From Chiloscyllium plagiosum (lineage: Eukaryota): 48,909 nt of DNA. The first letter of the stretch is position 1. The number at the start of each line of letters is the position of its first letter. The position numbers and the translations under genes were made by a program. This document shows positions 46,760 to 48,909 of this stretch, one piece after another. The notes beneath the pieces were generated by a model, which was given only the letters and a program-made list of their open reading frames with translations, had not been told where the DNA came from and made no database searches. The stretch covers positions 4,824,471-4,873,379 of the forward strand of contig NC_057754.1 of the NCBI RefSeq assembly GCF_004010195.1, written 5' to 3'.

Positions 46760-48909
46760 TTTTCTTTATAATATATTTTTATTAAGAAAAAATAGATCTT
46801 TAAATATAACAACAAATACAAAATAATGCAATTCAAAACAGTACAAGAATAGTACAAAACTAAACCCAAATAATAAAAACAAATTCCCCAACCCACCTTC
46901 CTATACGAATGTATAAACATATATAAAGAAGTATAAAATTTATAAAAACCTAAACTAGCTATTTAACTAACTAAATAAATACCTAACAACAAACAAATAA
47001 ATAGTAATAACTCAGCCCAGCCAAACAAAACACTCACACATTCACAGTTCCTCCTCCCTGGATATTGGACTCATGAAACACAATCGTTACGGCTATATAA
47101 AAGCCCTTGTTAGTGTGGCAGATAAATCTGTGTCCAGGTATTTCAAAAAAGGTTGCCATGTCTTGTAAAAATTCTCAGTTTTGTGGTGTACCATATTTGT
47201 GAGAAAATCCATGGGAACATGCTCCATAACAATCTTCCGCCAACCTGACAGGCCTGAGGGGTTTTCTGATACCCAACCTAGCAAGATATTCTTCCTTGCA
47301 CAGAATGTAAGAATATTGAAAAGTTTTACCTTATGCGAGTCTGCAGGAAATACAATGGGTAGGCTCAAAAGGAGCGAAATAGGGTCCTTCTCCACCCCAC
47401 AACTAAAATCCTCTCCATTGCACCCACCACAGCGCTCCAATATGTTTGAAGCCTGTCACAAGACCAAAGACAATGGGTAAGAGTACCCATACAGACCTTG
47501 CACTTGGGGCATGCTGAAGATACTCCTGACAAACGGTCTGGGGCTATGTGGACCCTGTGGAGAATCTTCAACTGTAAAGCATGGGTCCTATTGCAAATTG
47601 ATATCTTCCTTGCATTCTCCCAAATATCCTCCCATGCCTCTGAAGAAACTTCAACACCCAGCTCTCTTTCTCACCTCTTGCAGAGTCGATCAGACTCATC
47701 TGAGGTGGCACCCCCCAATTGGTGATATAGAGTACTGACAGAGAGTGTACTCTTAGCCCTTAGTACCCCTCTTTCTATGTCAGATTTGTAGGGATCAGTC
47801 AAAAGTGTGGTCCTTTTTTGAATAAAATCCCTAACTTGAAAAAAACGAAAGAGGTCTCTATTAGGTAACTCGTACTTCTGTACTAACTGATCGAAGGACA
47901 TCATTACATCTCCCTCAAATAAATCACCCATGCAAGATATACCCCTACGTTTAAATCCTGCCCAACGTTTAAATCCTGAATCTATCATATCTGATTGAAA
48001 ACTTGGCAAACCCACTAAAGGTGTAAACAAAGATGTTTTGCCAATATTACCTTCCCTCTGCCGAATTGCCCTCCATGCTTTAACAGTATTGATGACTGAT
48101 GACTATTGGGTTATGGCAATATCCCCTAACTGTCCTCACCTTGTCCAAAAACAGCAAACTGGTAAGGGGGCACCTTGCCTGGGAGACTTCGATATCTAGC
48201 CATATTGAAAGAGGGTCCCCACAAACCCAATCACTTATGTACGTCAAAAGCAAGCTTAATTGGTAATTTTTAATGTCCAGAAGGACTACTCCCCCCAATC
48301 TGTGAGGCAACTGCAGTTTGGCTAATTTAATGAGGGGCCGTTTATGGTGCCAGATAAAGGAGCTGAACAAACTGTTCAGTCTCCTGAGTGTTTGTTTATT
48401 GAAAATCAGGGGGAGCATCTGCCTAGGGTATAGCAAACGAGGGAGAATATTCATCTTAATAAGCACTATCCGACCCAACCATGAGACTGGAAGTGCCTCC
48501 CACCTTTGGAGATCTTGTTTAATTTTTTCAAATAATTNNNNNNNNNNNNNNNCCCCCCTGTGACCACCTAAATGGGAATCTATAGTCACTCTCAAGAGCC
48601 AACTCTTTCGTAAGACCACCCATAGGCATAGCCTCTGATTTAGCAAAGTTAATCTTATACCCTGAAAAAGCGCCAAACGCGTGAGTGCATTGTATCAGGC
48701 AAGGCACTGAAACTGCTGGATTTGTCAAGAAAATTAGAACATCATCTGCATACAGCAAGATCTTATGTAATTTTGACCCCACTTCTGGAGCTGATATATT
48801 GAGATCCCCACGAATGGCCTCTGCCAACGGTTCAATCACCAACGTAAAAAGTAATGGTGAAAGGGGACAGCCCTGCTGGCTGCCCCTAGAAATATTAAAA
48901 TTGCTTGAT
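46760..48909 (-). mobile_element. L1-clade LINE, 3' part of ORF2 (RT and CCHC) plus 3' UTR, frameshifted, continues beyond window
   Basis: RGSQQGCPLSPLLFTLVIEPLAEAIR, LYADDVLIFL, FSGYKINFAKS, GRIVLIKMNILPRLLY and CPKC....GTLTHCLWSC. T-rich 3' UTR with AATAAA at 46783-46778. Confidence 0.93.

Overview
Repeat-rich, CpG-depleted vertebrate DNA with four N gaps (23914-24561, 32177-33022, and short ones near 48538-48552). The repeat content (HE1-type V-SINEs, abundant CR1/HER1 LINEs, several Penelope-like families) points to a shark, probably a carpet or bamboo shark (inference). The only host coding sequence I can support is a 106-nt alternative first coding exon of a non-erythroid beta-spectrin on the + strand (10486-10591; MEVQRRSMTPPLSPAAFVNSTQYSSVLEGRFKQLQ, phase-1 donor). 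It is too short for the ORF track, and the rest of the window is probably intronic to this gene. Most listed ORFs are transposon fragments or chance ORFs. Mobile DNA includes many CR1 fragments, L2 and Rex1/Babar remnants, a decayed PIF/Harbinger Myb/SANT gene, two solo LTRs, an L1-clade ORF2 3' part, and at least four Penelope-like (PLE) families with minimal hammerhead-ribozyme motifs. Points of interest are the beta-spectrin alternative exon and its 5' region, a candidate poison microexon, three TSD-bounded inverted PLE insertions with the same one-tail geometry, hammerhead covariation, a chimeric L2+CR1-tail repeat present twice 32 kb apart, and inverted duplications of flanking DNA. I found no convincing evidence for a wholly new protein-coding system.
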